Origin: Azolla caroliniana
Lineage: Eukaryota; Plantae; Polypodiophyta
Assembly: GCA_043228905.1 (NCBI GenBank)
Contig: JBHGNT010000002.1
Span: forward strand, 11,780,001-11,844,000
Direction: 5' to 3'
Length of the DNA stretch: 64,000 nucleotides
This document shows, in pieces, positions 1-13,059 of this stretch. The position numbers and the translations under genes were made by a program. The notes under the pieces were generated by a model, which was not told where the DNA came from, did no database searches, and saw only the letters and a list, made by a program, of their open reading frames with translations. Numbering within the stretch: position 1 is the stretch's first letter; every line of letters begins with the position of its first letter.

Positions 1-2280
1 CTATCAACGCCACCACCGGCTCCTGGATGTCGCCGATCTGAACAGGGGTCTCTATCGTGGCCCTAGCCCAGTGTAACTTCAAATAATGGCTTTCCGCCAA
101 CTCGTCCTCTAGGGTCGTGTCTTCCAAGTGTGTCGTCCGCACCTCCACAGGCTTCTCCAGTTCCGGCTCTGTCAAGAGCCACTTCCTCTTCACCAAGTCC
201 ACGACAAAATCGTGGAACTCCTTCTTTGCGATCTCAAGAACTTCCCATAACGACAACTCAACCTTACTGTCGAGAATCCGCTCCTCTAGGACCTTCCGTA
301 GGTCCGTAGTTCTTTCAATCTCAGCGCTCAACCGGTAACCGGTTGGCTTGGGTTTGTCCGGTACGCCGGGATTGCTGGCATCGTCCTTCTTTGGGCCAAA
401 CCGGGTCTCGTACCGTTGTGAAGGTCCAGCCCCTTTGCCCTTTCCCGCGTGCTTGTCCTCCACTAGAACCTCGTAGTTCTGGCATGCCGCCTCCACGAAT
501 CCGGTCTTCTCCTCGACTGGGTCAAACCATCTAGTGACCTCCCGGACCCGTTGCTCTACGCGGTCCGCTTCCTCCTTCCGCAGCCTTATACTGGAGAGAC
601 CTTCTAGCACCAGCGGCCAGAAACCGGAGTCTTTCGCTTTACGGCCTTCATCGCCCCCAACCTGGAATCCCGTCGATGCCAAGTAGTGGACAGTCTCTGC
701 ATGTCGTGCCGCAGCTTCTTCCATCAATCGCCCCATTCCCTCGTGCCCCGTATTGAACTCCAAGGCCCTCCGAGTGTCGTTGGCGTGCACCCACCTGTTC
801 CACAGGTACACCACATTGGTCCGGAGCGCCTCTGCAAAATCCGCGCACTCCTTCCAGATGTGACCAACCGAGTCACACCACATGCACCGCTGCCCTGCCG
901 GAGGTCGCCGATTGTGCAATTGCTCCCCGCTGTCTCTCCGGGCCTGTGCGATCTGGAGATCACGCACCATCTGCGTCAGTTCTTCCAGAGCCGCTCCTCC
1001 AAACGGACCCTTGGGTGCGTCGGTTGAGGGTGAGCCTCTATCAAGCCAGTCTCGGGTTCCCTCCTTCCGTGCTGGCGAAAGTTCGTCGAACTTCCTTGCC
1101 AGGACAGGTCTAGCCGGCGACGAATCCTCGCCGCCCCACTCACGCCGTTTGTCAAAACGGGCGCAGACTCTTTTCACCACAGCCCAGTCAGTTGTCAACC
1201 CATCTTCTGTCTCCAGTAGGAGACCCACTTGCTCCCAATCCCGCACATCCACTGTTTTAACGAACAGTAGGACACGTCTCGTGTCTAGTACTGTCTTGTC
1301 CAGCGGCGAGAGCCGCACGAATCGTTCCTCAAACTCCCGGAGAAGTGCCGACACATTCCTACCTTTTCCGGGAGTCTCCACCCACTCCATGAAATCTCGC
1401 TTTAATAGCCGAAGCGAGTCATCGAGCCCGTATTTCTTCCGGAATGTCCCTCATCACCATGTCAGCCCGATAGGCCTCCAAATAACTCGTGGCGTTCTTT
1501 CCATTGAACTGGCCTATCATGTCGACAATCACTTCGATGGCCCTGTCGAGGGCGCCTGTGCCCTCGTGAGCACTTACTATCTTATCAACCGTTGCCGCCA
1601 TGGATTCGGCGAGCTCCGATACCCTCATCTTCAACTCCTCTGCCGCATTGTTTCACGTCAGGTTCACCAAATTAATGTCGTGTTGTTACGCTCTCACGTA
1701 TGAAATAAGGCGGGACCATAGAGGCCCTAAACCGAGGAGTGTGAGAGAGAAGAGGAAGAGAGATTCGCAGAAACGCAAAGAGACAGAAACAAAAGAATCA
1801 ATTCCAATAACAATATAGATTACAGAGCTTGCAATGTTACAAACGGCAAGCCAGTGACAAACGAACACACGCGTTGAAATACGCAGTGGAGCCTCTACCG
1901 GAAGCACACGGGCTTTCACGCAACAAAGGCAACCAACCGAAACCAAATCCCTACAGAAGCAACAGCGATAGTGGAGGAGAGAGCTCGGTTCCCAGTCCGA
2001 CAGCACTTCGTCCTAAAAAATGCACGATTCTTGTATCAGTCTTCTCCCCTCCCTGTTATAGGCCGTCGGGGAAGACCGTTACACCCTCGGTTACATACAT
2101 TTATCCTCTGTCCCGTCGGACAGAGATACGCTTGGATTCCCTAGACAATTAACGCGCACTACCTAATATATTTACATCAGCTGAATCAGACCTAGTTATG
2201 TAAATAGTGCGGCCACGCGCAAGGGTCGGTTCTTGCATCTTTTCTCTTGTTTCCTCCTATGGCCGGTTTTCTCCATGACA
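1..2280 (-). mobile_element. Ty3/Gypsy LTR retrotransposon, 5' part (LTR 1676-2280, tRNA-Trp PBS, decayed gag); runs off the window start
   Basis: LTR bounded by TGTCG...TGACA. Adjacent minus-strand TGGTGAACCTGACGTGAA (1652-1669) is complementary to the plant tRNA-Trp 3' end. Gag-like minus-strand ORF pieces follow (1419-1634, QFNGKNATSYLEAY). Non-chromovirus (Phygy-like) assignment is inference. Confidence 0.75.
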
Positions 2281-2794
2281 CCGGAAACCGGATCGGTGGA
2301 CCCGGTGAGAACCGGAAGAGAAGACATATTTGTAAATATGTTTTGAGTAAGCCTATTGAGGCTATATTTGTAAATAGCCCTAAGTTCATATAAGTATAAA
2401 TATGACTTAGGGCAATCACTTTAGGTGTGTTGTGATAGTGTTGTTGTCATATTATTTTATGTATAACTGTTGTATAGAGTGAGTGACAGAGAGAGAGAAA
2501 GTGAGAGTGAGATACAAAACGGTTTCAGTTGTAACCGCCGCTTGGCGAAGAAACAGAGCTTGAGGTCGTTGCCTCTGAGTCTCTGATTGTACCTTTCTCA
2601 TTAGTGTTAGTTCGGAGTCTGTGGGCTCCCGTGGTTTTTCCCTATTAGGGTTTTCCACGTAAACATCTTGTGTACTCTCTATTTATTCGTGTGTGTACGA
2701 GTATTCATCTCTATTCCCATTTCTGTGTTTGATCCTTAAACGAAGTGATCTAAAGACTCGGTTGTGGCCGAGCAGTATTCCGCACTATTCTTCA
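2281..2794 (+). mobile_element. Copia family-A LTR, interrupted near its 5' end by the Gypsy element at 1-2280
   Basis: Closely similar to the LTRs at 46124-46603, 48110-48624 and 50941-51320. Ends TATTCTTCA and abuts Gypsy RT sequence. Confidence 0.8.
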
Positions 2795-3198
2795 CAAAAA
2801 TATGGGTGCACAGGCAGGAGATCTTGAATATTGGATAAACCCATTTGCCAAGTTCTCGTCAATATATTCTCAAAGAACCTCTAGCTCTGTGGGCGAAAGG
2901 TTATAAATTGGCCCCCATGGAGGCTCTTTTTTGGCCTGCAAATCAATCAGGCAATCATATGGTCGATGCTCTGGTAGTCTATTGGCATTCACGTTATCGA
3001 ACACATCGGAGAATTCTGTATACTTCTTTGGTAGTTGGACCCCCAATTCTTGTGAGCTCGATGTGGGAGTTGCTAAAACTATGAACACAAACATGTTTTC
3101 CTTTCGTCCTTCCTCACGTAACCGATGTATAGATATTGTTGAAATGTTTTGGGTCTCATATCCCTTGTTGGAGTTTTAAGAGACTCAAACTATAATGT

Positions 3199-4385
3199 GA
3201 CCTCTTCAATGGTTCTTTTTCTCCAATCAATACTTGGGTTATGTAGCTCAAACCATGGAAGACCAAGAACTAGGGAGTGTTATGGACTACTAATGATGTT
3301 GAACAAGATGACACTAGCCAAATTTCCTAGGACTACACGAATTGGTTCCGACTCTTCAACTATATCACTTGATGCTATGGGGCATCCATCAATGACTCCA
3401 ACAGACACTGGGCTTGGGAGCTTATGCAACTTAATATTATGCATTACAACAAACTCAAGATCCATGAAACAAGTGTTGGCTCCAGAGTCTAAGAGGGTAG
3501 AAGTTGGGACTCGATGGAACCTATATGTGTTAAGCTCAACTTGTGCAGAGAAAAGTCGACCAACTTGACCGGATGAAATGGAACCACGACTAGGGACAAA
3601 TGTTATATGCCTATGGTGTTTGTCTAACCAAATGGCTCCGATTTTGGCTGAGCTTACTCGTTTAACACATCGTCTAATTGGCTCAAGACATCAAATGTAT
3701 TTTTATGACAGGGGCTACTAGGCCTACTTGGGTTACGAGAAGCGGGATAGAAATTGAAATGGGGTTGTCATGGGCACTTACGTGGTTAACTTGTCGTCAT
3801 GGTTCTTTTTCTCCAATCAATAGTTAGGTTATGTAGCTCAAACCGTGGAAGACCAAGAACTAGGGAGTGCTCTGGACTACTAATGATGTTGAACGAAATG
3901 ACACTGGCCAAATTGCCTAGGACTACACGAATTGGTTCAGACCATTCAACTATATCACCTGATGCTATGGAGCGTACATCAATGACTCCGATAGACACTG
4001 GGCTTGGGAGCTTATGCAACTGAATATTATGCATTACAGTAAACTCACAATCCATGAAACATGAGTTGGCTCCAGAGTCTAAGAGGGCAGAAGTTGGGAC
4101 TCAATGGCACCTAGATGTGTTAAGCTTGACTTGTGTAGAGAAAACTCAACTAACTTGACCGGATGAAATGGAACCATGACTAGGGACGAACGCTATATGC
4201 CTAGGGTTGTCCAACAAAATGGCTCCGATTTTGGCCTGGCTTACTTGTTTAACACATCATCTAATTGGCTAAGACATCAAATGTATTTTTAGGACAGAGA
4301 CAACTAGGCCTACTTGGGTTACAAGAAGGTGGGACGGAAATTGAAATGGGGTTGTCATGGGCACTTACTTGGTAAACTTGTCATC
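3199..4385. repeat. Tandem duplication of about 590 bp covering the Gypsy protease
   Basis: ATGGTTCTTTTTCTCCAATCAAT at 3209 and 3799; ORFs 3280-3465 and 3786-4055 are paralogous. Confidence 0.9.
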
Positions 4386-4718
4386 ATGGTTTATGTGGAC
4401 AATTCACAGCAATATGTCCTAGACCACGGCAATAGAGGCATAGACAATTCACTCGACGTCGTTGCTTTTCAGCATCCGATAATGGTCCTCGACGTCGTGT
4501 TGTCTCGATTTCCATTGGAGTAGGGCCTTCCACCAAACTTGGCTTTGACACTTGGGGTGGAGTTGTGACCACCGAAGCATATGTTTCTGCTAGTCGGAAG
4601 CATAAAATTTTTCGGGCGTTTAGAACGCCGCTCAAATAAGCGATTGTCACATCGCACGGCCCGACTTATTGCTTCAATAATAGATTTTGGATCATCATGG
4701 AAGGTAAGAGGTAAATCC

Positions 4719-7700
4719 TGTAGAGAAACAGAGACAGGGAGATAGAGAAAGAGAGAAGGATGAATTCTGATTTTTTTTATTTCCTGTTTCTCTTCTCTCT
4801 CAATTAGAGAGAAGCGTGTGATGTTTTCATATAGGATACATGTGACTCTTCGTATCAAGAGTCATAACTATTTATTTTAATTATTTTACAATTTTATTCC
4901 TTTCCTTATATTTTCCACCACTCCTCCCTAAGGAAAATAATCAAAATTCTAAGCTTTTATCTTTGGTTTTTGTATGATTGAGTAGTCCGATGTTTTTGCA
5001 ACATTGTAGATGTTTATGACTTGCTACTGGCTTTGTTAAGAAATCTGCCCACATCAAAGTTGATGGCATAAACTTTATGTTGATCTTCTTTTTTTCAATC
5101 ATGTCTCTTAAGAAGTGGTGCTTGAAAGATATGTGACGTATATTGTCACTAATTCTTGGGTTGCTTGCCAACTTTAAGCATGCTTGATTGTCGCAGTAGA
5201 TTTCTATTGGTTCTTCTTTAGCAAAATTTCTTCTAATATGGCTTTTAGCCAAATTCCTTCTTTTGCAGCTAGGGTAGCAGCAACATATTCCGCTTCTGTC
5301 GAAGATAGTGAAACCGTAGCTTGTTTTTTTTCGATCTCCACGCAATCGCTCCTCTGGCAAAGGTGTACACATAGCCACTTGTGGATTTTCGGTCATCCAC
5401 ATCTCCTCCCCAGTCGGTGTCGGTCCATCCATGAAGAGCAGTTGAGGGGTTTGCCCATCCACACAATTTTGGTTGGATCGACTCCGAATGCATGGATTGA
5501 AAAATAAGACACAAGTGTTTAGTATGTTTAAGATATCGAAGAATTCTCTTAAGTGCTTGCCAATGTTTGGGGCCAGGGTTCGTCATAAAGCGTGATAGTA
5601 ATCCTGTACTAAAGCATAAATCTAGTCTTGTGCTACTAACTAGATATCGTATGGAGCCTATTACTTGTCTATAGGGAATGTTTTCCATTTCAGTTTCTTC
5701 TATGAGTGATTTTGAGCTATCTTCAATGGACAACTTAAGTGTGGTAGGAAGTGGGGTAGATATGGGTTTGCAATGTTCCATGTTAAAACGTTTTAGAATA
5801 TTATCAATGTATCGAGATTGTGAGAGTGATATTTGTCCTAGACTTGTATTTCTTTTTACTTCTATTCCTAGAAAATAGGTCATGGGTCCAAGATCGGTGA
5901 TAGGAAAAACTGATTTCAACTCTTGTTTACAAAAACTTAAATAAGATAGAGAATTTGATAATAAGGGAAAATCATCTACATATACTCCTAATATGATGAA
6001 GTTGGATGCCCATTTTCTAAGATAGATGTTAGGTTCACTTTTAAGTCTACTATAGCCACATTTTATTAAGAAAGTGTGGAGACGATAGTATCAGGCTCGA
6101 GGTGATTGTCGTAGGCCGTAGATGGACTTCCGAAGATTGCAGACGTGTGTGGGAAATTGTATATTTTAAAAATAGGGGGGTTGCGCCATATAAACTTCTT
6201 CTTCGAGGTCACCATGTAGAAATGCGGTTTGAATGTCCAAGTGATGAAGCTCAAGCTTTTGAACCGCAACGATGGCCACAAGTAGTCGAAAGGATGTTAT
6301 TTGTAGTGTGGGACTGAAAGTATCTGTGAAGTCTATTCCGGGTACTTGTGTGAAACCTCGAGCAACTAGTCTTGCTTTGAAACGAACAGGTTGTCCTTGG
6401 GGGTCATACTTTACTCGGAGTACCCACTTGCAAGTGACGATCTTACGATCGGTGGGCTTTTCCACTAGGTCTCATGTTTTATTTTTGGTGAGGGAATGCA
6501 TTTCATCTTTCATTGCATTTATCCAATTATCTGCATTTTGGCTTTGAAGTGCTTCTTCGACGTTGGTAGGTTCCTCGAAATCGATATGTGGACTGTCTAC
6601 GTCGAGGTTGGATGTATGCCCCGTGTCAAGATCGCTAAAATGACACTCTAGTTCGTCTAATTCTTGGTAGATGTTTGATAGTTTTCTAAGGCATCTAGGA
6701 GGTGTAGTGTCGATGTTAGAGATGGGCAAGTGTTTAGTTTGTGGGGTATTTGGAGAGTTGAAATTGTTCAAAGTCTTTGGGTGTGACAAGACATATGGAT
6801 GCCCAATGTTTGAGTGGTCAGTTCTGTTATGGGAACTGAGTGAAGGATGAGGGTTGGGTGACGTGGTCTTCAATTGTCGGCTGTGTAAGTCAACAATGGA
6901 CAGTTCAGAACAGTCGCGATGGTATGTCTATGTCGGTCGCATGAGGTCGTGATTGTTTTAAGATTTTGGAGGTGTGGTTTATGTTCATACCAGAGTTCGA
7001 ATGGAGTGAGGAAGCCTAGGGAGTGATGGTAGATTCGATTTTTGATATAGCAAGTTGTCGCAATAGCTTCTTCCCAGAATTTCGAATCTAGTTTTGCAGC
7101 ATGTAGCATGCTGCGAGTAGCATTTAACAAGCTTCTATTTTTTCTTTCTACAGTGCCATTTTGTTGAGGTGTGTGTGGAACAGACCTCTGATGGTGGATT
7201 CCTTATGATTTGCAAAAATTTATGAATTCCTTTGAGTGGTATTCCCCTCCTCCTTCGATTTGTAGGGATTTTAGTTTGTGGTTAGTTAGATTTTCAGCGA
7301 GGTGAAGGTAATTTTTGAATGCAGATAGAGCTTGATTTTTTGTTTTTAAGAAAGTAATAACGGTGAATTTACTATAGTCGTCGATAAAGCTTATGAAGTA
7401 TACTGATCCACTAATTGATTTTGTAGGAAAAGGGCCGCAGAGATCACTGTGGAAAAGTTGTAGGGGTTGACTACTTGTGGTTTGTCAACGTGGAAAAAGG
7501 ATGTTGGGGCATTTTTCCAAGAATGCACCCTTCACAGATTTTCAAGTTTGTGAGGTGGGCTTTAGGAAGGCCTAATGCCATATTATGAAATTGCATATTT
7601 TTTATGGCTTGTAGATGAGTGTGTGCGAGTCGATGGTGCCACAAATTCGTTAAAGTAGATTGTTCATTTGTTGATGTATAGTGTGCTTCTAATGTGATGG

Positions 7701-9463
7701 TTGTGGGTGTGCATGGGATGCGATAGAGTCCGTCGTCTAGATGTTTACAGATGTATTTAGTTATCTGTCCATTCGGGGTTTTATGTTTAATTTGTGCATA
7801 TGTTTCTTCGAACTTTATGGAGGTGCCATTTTTGGTTGCTTGACAAACGGATAGTAGGTTTTTTGTTATTCCAGGAACAAAATAAACATTGTCTACTATA
7901 AGAACTTGGTTGTTTTCTAGGAAGAGGTTTACGTCTCCTTTTCCTAAAGCATTTAGCCTACCATTATTACCAAACACGACGGGGATTGGTGATGGTAAGG
8001 GGTTATAATTTTTTATGGATTGTCTATTATTTGTCATGTGATGGGTGGCACCGGTAACGAAATACTAGGTGTTGTCAGATTTCTGTTTTGTATCGATTCC
8101 TACTATTAAAGCTTCGGCAAGGAATGCTTGCATGAGGTCGTCATAACCATCGTCAAATTTTTCATTATTTGTTTTAGTTGGGTATGATTCATCTTCTGAA
8201 ATTTCTTCAGCTAAGTGGGCTTCTACTCGAGATCTAGATCTTTGATATGGTTGTTTAATTCTGGTTTTTCTAAACCTACATTGATTGTTTGTATGTCCAG
8301 GTTTCTTGCAAATGGTGCCGAAAATTTGTGAGAACCTAAGGCCTCCGGTTTGTGATCTAAAATTTTCTGGGTAATATTTGGGCTTGTATTCTGTTCTTTG
8401 ATTTTGAGAGGGTAGTTTGTTATGGTATGCTATCATTACTAATGTGTGTTGTGTTTGTTCCGGCCAGCGTGCCTTTTTCATTGCCTCTTCTTGTCTTATA
8501 CAATTTATGAGGTCAATGAGAGTTGTGTTTGTGTTGAAATTTTGGGTGGTGACGAAAGTGCTCCATGATGGTGGCTATGCACCTAATAGGAGAAGTCTTT
8601 GCAACTTTGACTCTAATTCAACTCTAGACGTACGACACTCATCTAGTTTGCATTTCCATGAGTTTATAAGTGCACACATATCCTCTTCTTCTTGCATCTT
8701 TAAAATTACTAATGAGTTTAGAGTCATGACCTGATTTCCATCTGTAGTTGGTTCGAATTCGTTTTTCAAGTCGATCCACATGGCGTTTGCAGTGCAACAA
8801 TTTCTGAGCGCGTCGACTTGTTGGTCCTCGAGATTCGACATAATTTCTAGCTTTGCTGCTAGATCTTTTTCTTCGCATGCAGCGTAGTTCGGGTCTGACG
8901 TTGTGGGTTGCGTCTCGCTGCCCTCAACAACTGCCCATAATTTTAGTTGTTTGAATATGAGGGTCATTTTGCTACTCCAGACTCTATAGTTGGTGCCATT
9001 CAATTTGGTAATTGTTGTTTTTCTATACAGGAGGTTTTGGGATGATGAAGGAGTTGCCTAAGCCATGGTTGAATAAAAAAATTCAGAACCAGGAATGTAC
9101 AGGTCTTTTAAAAAATTAAGAATTCTGGTCCACATAGCGTTTTGTTGACTCTGTTTGCTGTTTATCTATGAGGTCTTTGAGGAGGGGAAGAATTCTTGAG
9201 TGATTTGTTGATTCTGTTCTCTGTTTCTCTATAATTGTATATGAAATCTTGCTCTGATACCATGTAGAGAAACAGAGACAGGGAGATAGAGAAAGAGAGA
9301 AGGATGAATTATGATTTTTTTGATTTCCTGTTTCTCTTCTCTCTCAATTAGAGAGAAGCGTGTGATGTTTTCATATAGGATACATGTGACTCTTCGTATC
9401 AAGAGTCATAACTATTTATTTTAATTATTTACAATTTTATTCTTTTCCTTATATTTTCCAACA
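4719..9463 (-). mobile_element. Full-length Ty1/Copia LTR retrotransposon with disrupted ORF, nested in the Gypsy gag
   Basis: LTRs 4719-4920 and 9263-9463 (about 5 differences), TSD AATCC (4714-4718 / 9464-9468), PBS TGGTATCAGAGC (9251-9262, minus). Order gag-PR-GAGpre-INT-RT (KARLVARGF, YVDD)-RNase H. Confidence 0.95.
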
Positions 9464-10509
9464 AATCCTTCACATCGTTGCGTAGACCTTGACGAAATTG
9501 GTCCATTAACGCCGCCTAACACCATGGAATATCACATGCTAGGAAACAAAAATCTACAGCGTAAGTGGAAGCAGGACGATCTCCTTGTCGTAATCATCAA
9601 ATTTTGTTTATTGTTGTCCTCATACTATCGGTGTCTCCAAAGTTGGCTTGGAATTCTTTTATAAATCCTTCAAAATCCTCTAACAATGGTGAGTGCTTCT
9701 CTAGGAGTGGTACAAACCATGCTAACTCAGTACCGGTTAACAATGTACCAACTAGTCCCACTCAAGCAACATCAATTGGGTAATGGCTAGGATGCAATTT
9801 AATCACAGGTCGTACCTGATTTAAAAATCCACAAAATTGAGACCTCGTACCATCAAACTTGGCCGGAAGACTAATGTTTGGTTCTTTCGGCGAGGTTTGA
9901 ACTTCCACCGCTTGTCGTTGCAATAGAGTAGTCTTCAATTGATGCACCCGTTGAGATCATTCTTCATATTATTGTACTTTCTCACCGCTTACTTGTCGTA
10001 GGTCTCCCAACAATCTTTGATTTTCTTGCTCCAATGCCAGGAATTTGGTTATTAGCATGTTGAGCTCGGAGAGAACGCACACATATTCTTGCTTGCCGAC
10101 AGACTCCATAGTGTTATGACAGAAAATTGCTAGATTTGCTTGAATAAGTTTAAGAGAAGAACAAGTTGGAGAAGAAGAAAATAGAGTTTTGGTTCAAACT
10201 ATCGTGACTTGAGAGTAGGAGAGAGAGAACACTAGAAATGGAAAAGAGTTTATATTATAAGAGAACAAAGGTTACAAAGAGTAGGCTAAGGGGCTGAAGA
10301 CTGGTGTTGAACCAAATGAGTTGTGATGAATGAATAGACACCTATTTATAGGTCCTTATGGAGTATTCTAAAATGTTGTAGAATACTCTATATTATAATT
10401 ATTATGATTATATATTATATATGTTATTATAATGGTTAAAGTTCTAATATGTAGAACAAGACGTTGTGGGTTTGAATCCTTGTAAGCCAAAATGTATGTC
10501 TTCATGACA

Positions 10510-10786
10510 CCAACAAAGGTATTGGTGCATCTTGTATTCCCAAGATGCGAAGTTTGATCTGTCGAGTTTCTCGATAGGAAGAGTGTTTCCCATCTGAGTG
10601 TTCATGGTGTCATTTTTCTTCCCTGTTGTTAAGTTGGTTTTGTTTGATCATCAGCGTGTGACACAACATACTTGAGTGAGTTTTTATCAAACTACCACAC
10701 GCTCTGATACCATATAAAGAAATGGAGAGTCTAGATGATCTCGTGCAGCGGAAGGAAATTGTGTGTGTGTGTGTGTGTGTGTGTGA

Positions 10787-10820
<34 letters not shown>

Positions 10821-11034
10821 TTAGAGACAGAGAACAAGAAGTTGTATTAGCAAGAAAATGGTTACAACCAAACATACATCCAACTGTTTACTAGGTTACA
10901 AAATAGTTGGTTTAAATACCAACTAACTTAGGGCAACTGCCCTTTCTACTACTTACAAAACTAGCCAGAACCTAGTGTGTCCATTGCTAGTGTGAAAGCC
11001 ATTACGTTGGGGAAGTTGGGTTTGACACCCAACA
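10510..11034 (-). mobile_element. Copia 5' LTR (10713-11034), Met PBS and gag N-terminus; host of the Tcn1-like insertion
   Basis: GCTCTGATACCA at 10701-10712. Minus strand reads LPIEKLDRSNFASWEYKMHQYL, similar to the gag start near 39766. Confidence 0.8.
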
Positions 11035-11799
11035 ATTATAAATATGGAAATGCAAATACAAAGAAGTCCCTGTTGCATTTAGAGCATACCAATCTTACAA
11101 ATACAATGACGATGTCCAAAATTTCATCATCGTCATTGTGGAATCATTGAACCATCAAGTTTACAACAAACTTGGTACCAAGTGAAAAAACATTATCACC
11201 ATACACATGGAAGCAAAAAGAAATGGGCATTGGTGTATGTCTAGAGCACATCTCCTTTAGATTACATCTAAATCAAACCATCGTCAAGACTCAATATCAT
11301 TGTTTCTTGTCCTACTTGTCGAATTTTCTATCTATTCTCTGACGATCTTTATCACGAGGAGTGCTGAGATATTGTTCTGCACATCTGACGACTGCATCCA
11401 ACACTACTTCTGCCTACACCTACTTTGACATAATGTTAAGAAGAATGTAGGAAGGTTTACTTGTATATGTGAGTTGTGTGTGATATCAATGGAATAAGAA
11501 CTCTTCCACAGATGACATAAGTAGGGCTTTGGTGTTGATCGAGATGAACGATATCTCAAGCTTCCTCCTTACCTTTCTGTCTCTTGTATTCTGTTTGTGT
11601 GTTTCTTTTCTCTAATTTTCGATCTCTATTTTCTAATTTTCCTCTTTTTTGGTTTTGTTTCTTTTTTGTTATTTTTCTACGTTACCCCTCAGATGTTGCA
11701 TATAAAGAACAAGTAAAAGAGTAGTGTTGAAATTACACAAATAATCCCTACCTTTATAGTTGTCAGTTCCACTTAAGTGACCCCCCCCTCCCCCCCACA

Positions 11800-12085
11800 G
11801 AGCATGATAACATTATTAGGCCTTGTACCATCATTGAATAGATTGCATATCCAACCTCTTCCCCTAACCTACAACCAAATCCCTTCGCAACCCTTTGCGC
11901 TACAAACACACTACCATCATTCATGGTTGTGATCAACTGATCTTGCCTCTAGTTGTGTATCCTGCTTCTGCAAGGTATGGAGTAACTTGAGTGGTTTTAC
12001 CTGAACCTGTTTCACCGATAACAACTAGAATTAGATTATCATGTATTGCTTGAATCAATTCATGCTTCAACTCGTAAATATGGTC
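11800..12085 (-). pseudogene. PRP22: Fragment of DEAH-box splicing helicase PRP22/DHX8
   Basis: [47 protein letters not shown], then after a stop and frameshift VAQRVAKGFGCRLGEEVGYAI. No other parts of the gene are nearby. Confidence 0.85.
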
Positions 12086-12224
12086 CCATATTAGAACATA
12101 ATTGTCTTCTATGTTTTCCCCATCCTCACTCACCACATAAATCAAATTTCAAATTTCAGGTCTACATTGATCCAACAGTTCACATTTCAAATGAATATCA
12201 AAGTGTGGACTAGCTTAGAATATA

Positions 12225-12560
12225 TTGACTAGGTTCAAATTTCTACTGGGTTAGGAAATTTTATGGCCATGTTAGAAAATATTGGCTAGGTTGGAAAATA
12301 TGGTTAGGCTGGAAAATATTAATCATGTTTGAAATATGGTTGAGTTAAAAAAATATTAGTCGAGACAGAAAATATTACCAGGTTAGAAAATATTAGCCGC
12401 ATTAGAAATATTGTAGCTGTGTTTATAGCCATGATGGAAAACATGGGTTGGGTTAGAAATAGTGCAAAAAATTGCAGTAGTCAAGTTAGAAAAGGTAAAC
12501 CATGTTAGAGTGGTTAGAAATGTCATAGAAGAAGATATAGTTGGGCTAGAAATGGCAATG
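12225..12560. repeat. Degenerate minisatellite, about 20-bp unit (GGTTAGAAAATATT core)
   Basis: More than 10 imperfect copies visible. Confidence 0.7.
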
Positions 12561-13059
12561 CTCAATTTGTGCGCTTTTATTGGATAATGATTCAACCATG
12601 TATATTTCACCAAAATCTCGAAGTATTCCTTGCATCGTTGCTATTTTCCTTGCTTAATATTTGATACCAAATAGAAAAATAAAGACGGGCTGCAACATGT
12701 ACCGATGTGTGCGGTTTCCCTGTTTGACAAATAATATAATTTTGTAGTTAGCAACATATGTAATATAATATGTGAAAGTGTAAGCCTACATTTTTTTCCA
12801 TGTCATGGTACATTGATGTTGCGAAATGACACCGTTTACAAAGGAATCTCAACTATGTTGCACTTCCATATTCCTAACCATTTTTCACACCTTAGATCCA
12901 AGTAAAGCGTAAAAAATTGTTTTTGTGTCATTTGATATTTTTTCTTGATTCCCATGTGATTCGAAGTAGTTCATATGAGGGTCTTTTTGAACCTAAAGAG
13001 TGTACTTAAGAACCTATTATTCCATGGTCACGGTCCCAATTGGAAGTGACATTGTCTAG

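Larger units (their letters stand above)
2795..10509 (-). mobile_element. Tcn1-like chromoviral Gypsy element, decayed (5' LTR about 10200-10509, gag split by a Copia, duplicated protease, start of RT)
   Basis: Gag SLPAKFDG (9762-9947), PTPMEI and CLYC..GH..C knuckle (4384-4650), protease LLDSGA-type motif twice, LPEHRPYDCLIDL...GPIY (2870-3094). Homologous to the element at 52613-57719. Confidence 0.85.

Noticed and set aside
882-1703. 273-aa plus-strand ORF
   Set aside because: Antisense shadow of the GC-rich Gypsy gag.
12225-12560. Short repeats that superficially resemble a CRISPR array
   Set aside because: Degenerate head-to-tail units without unique spacers, no cas genes, eukaryotic context.
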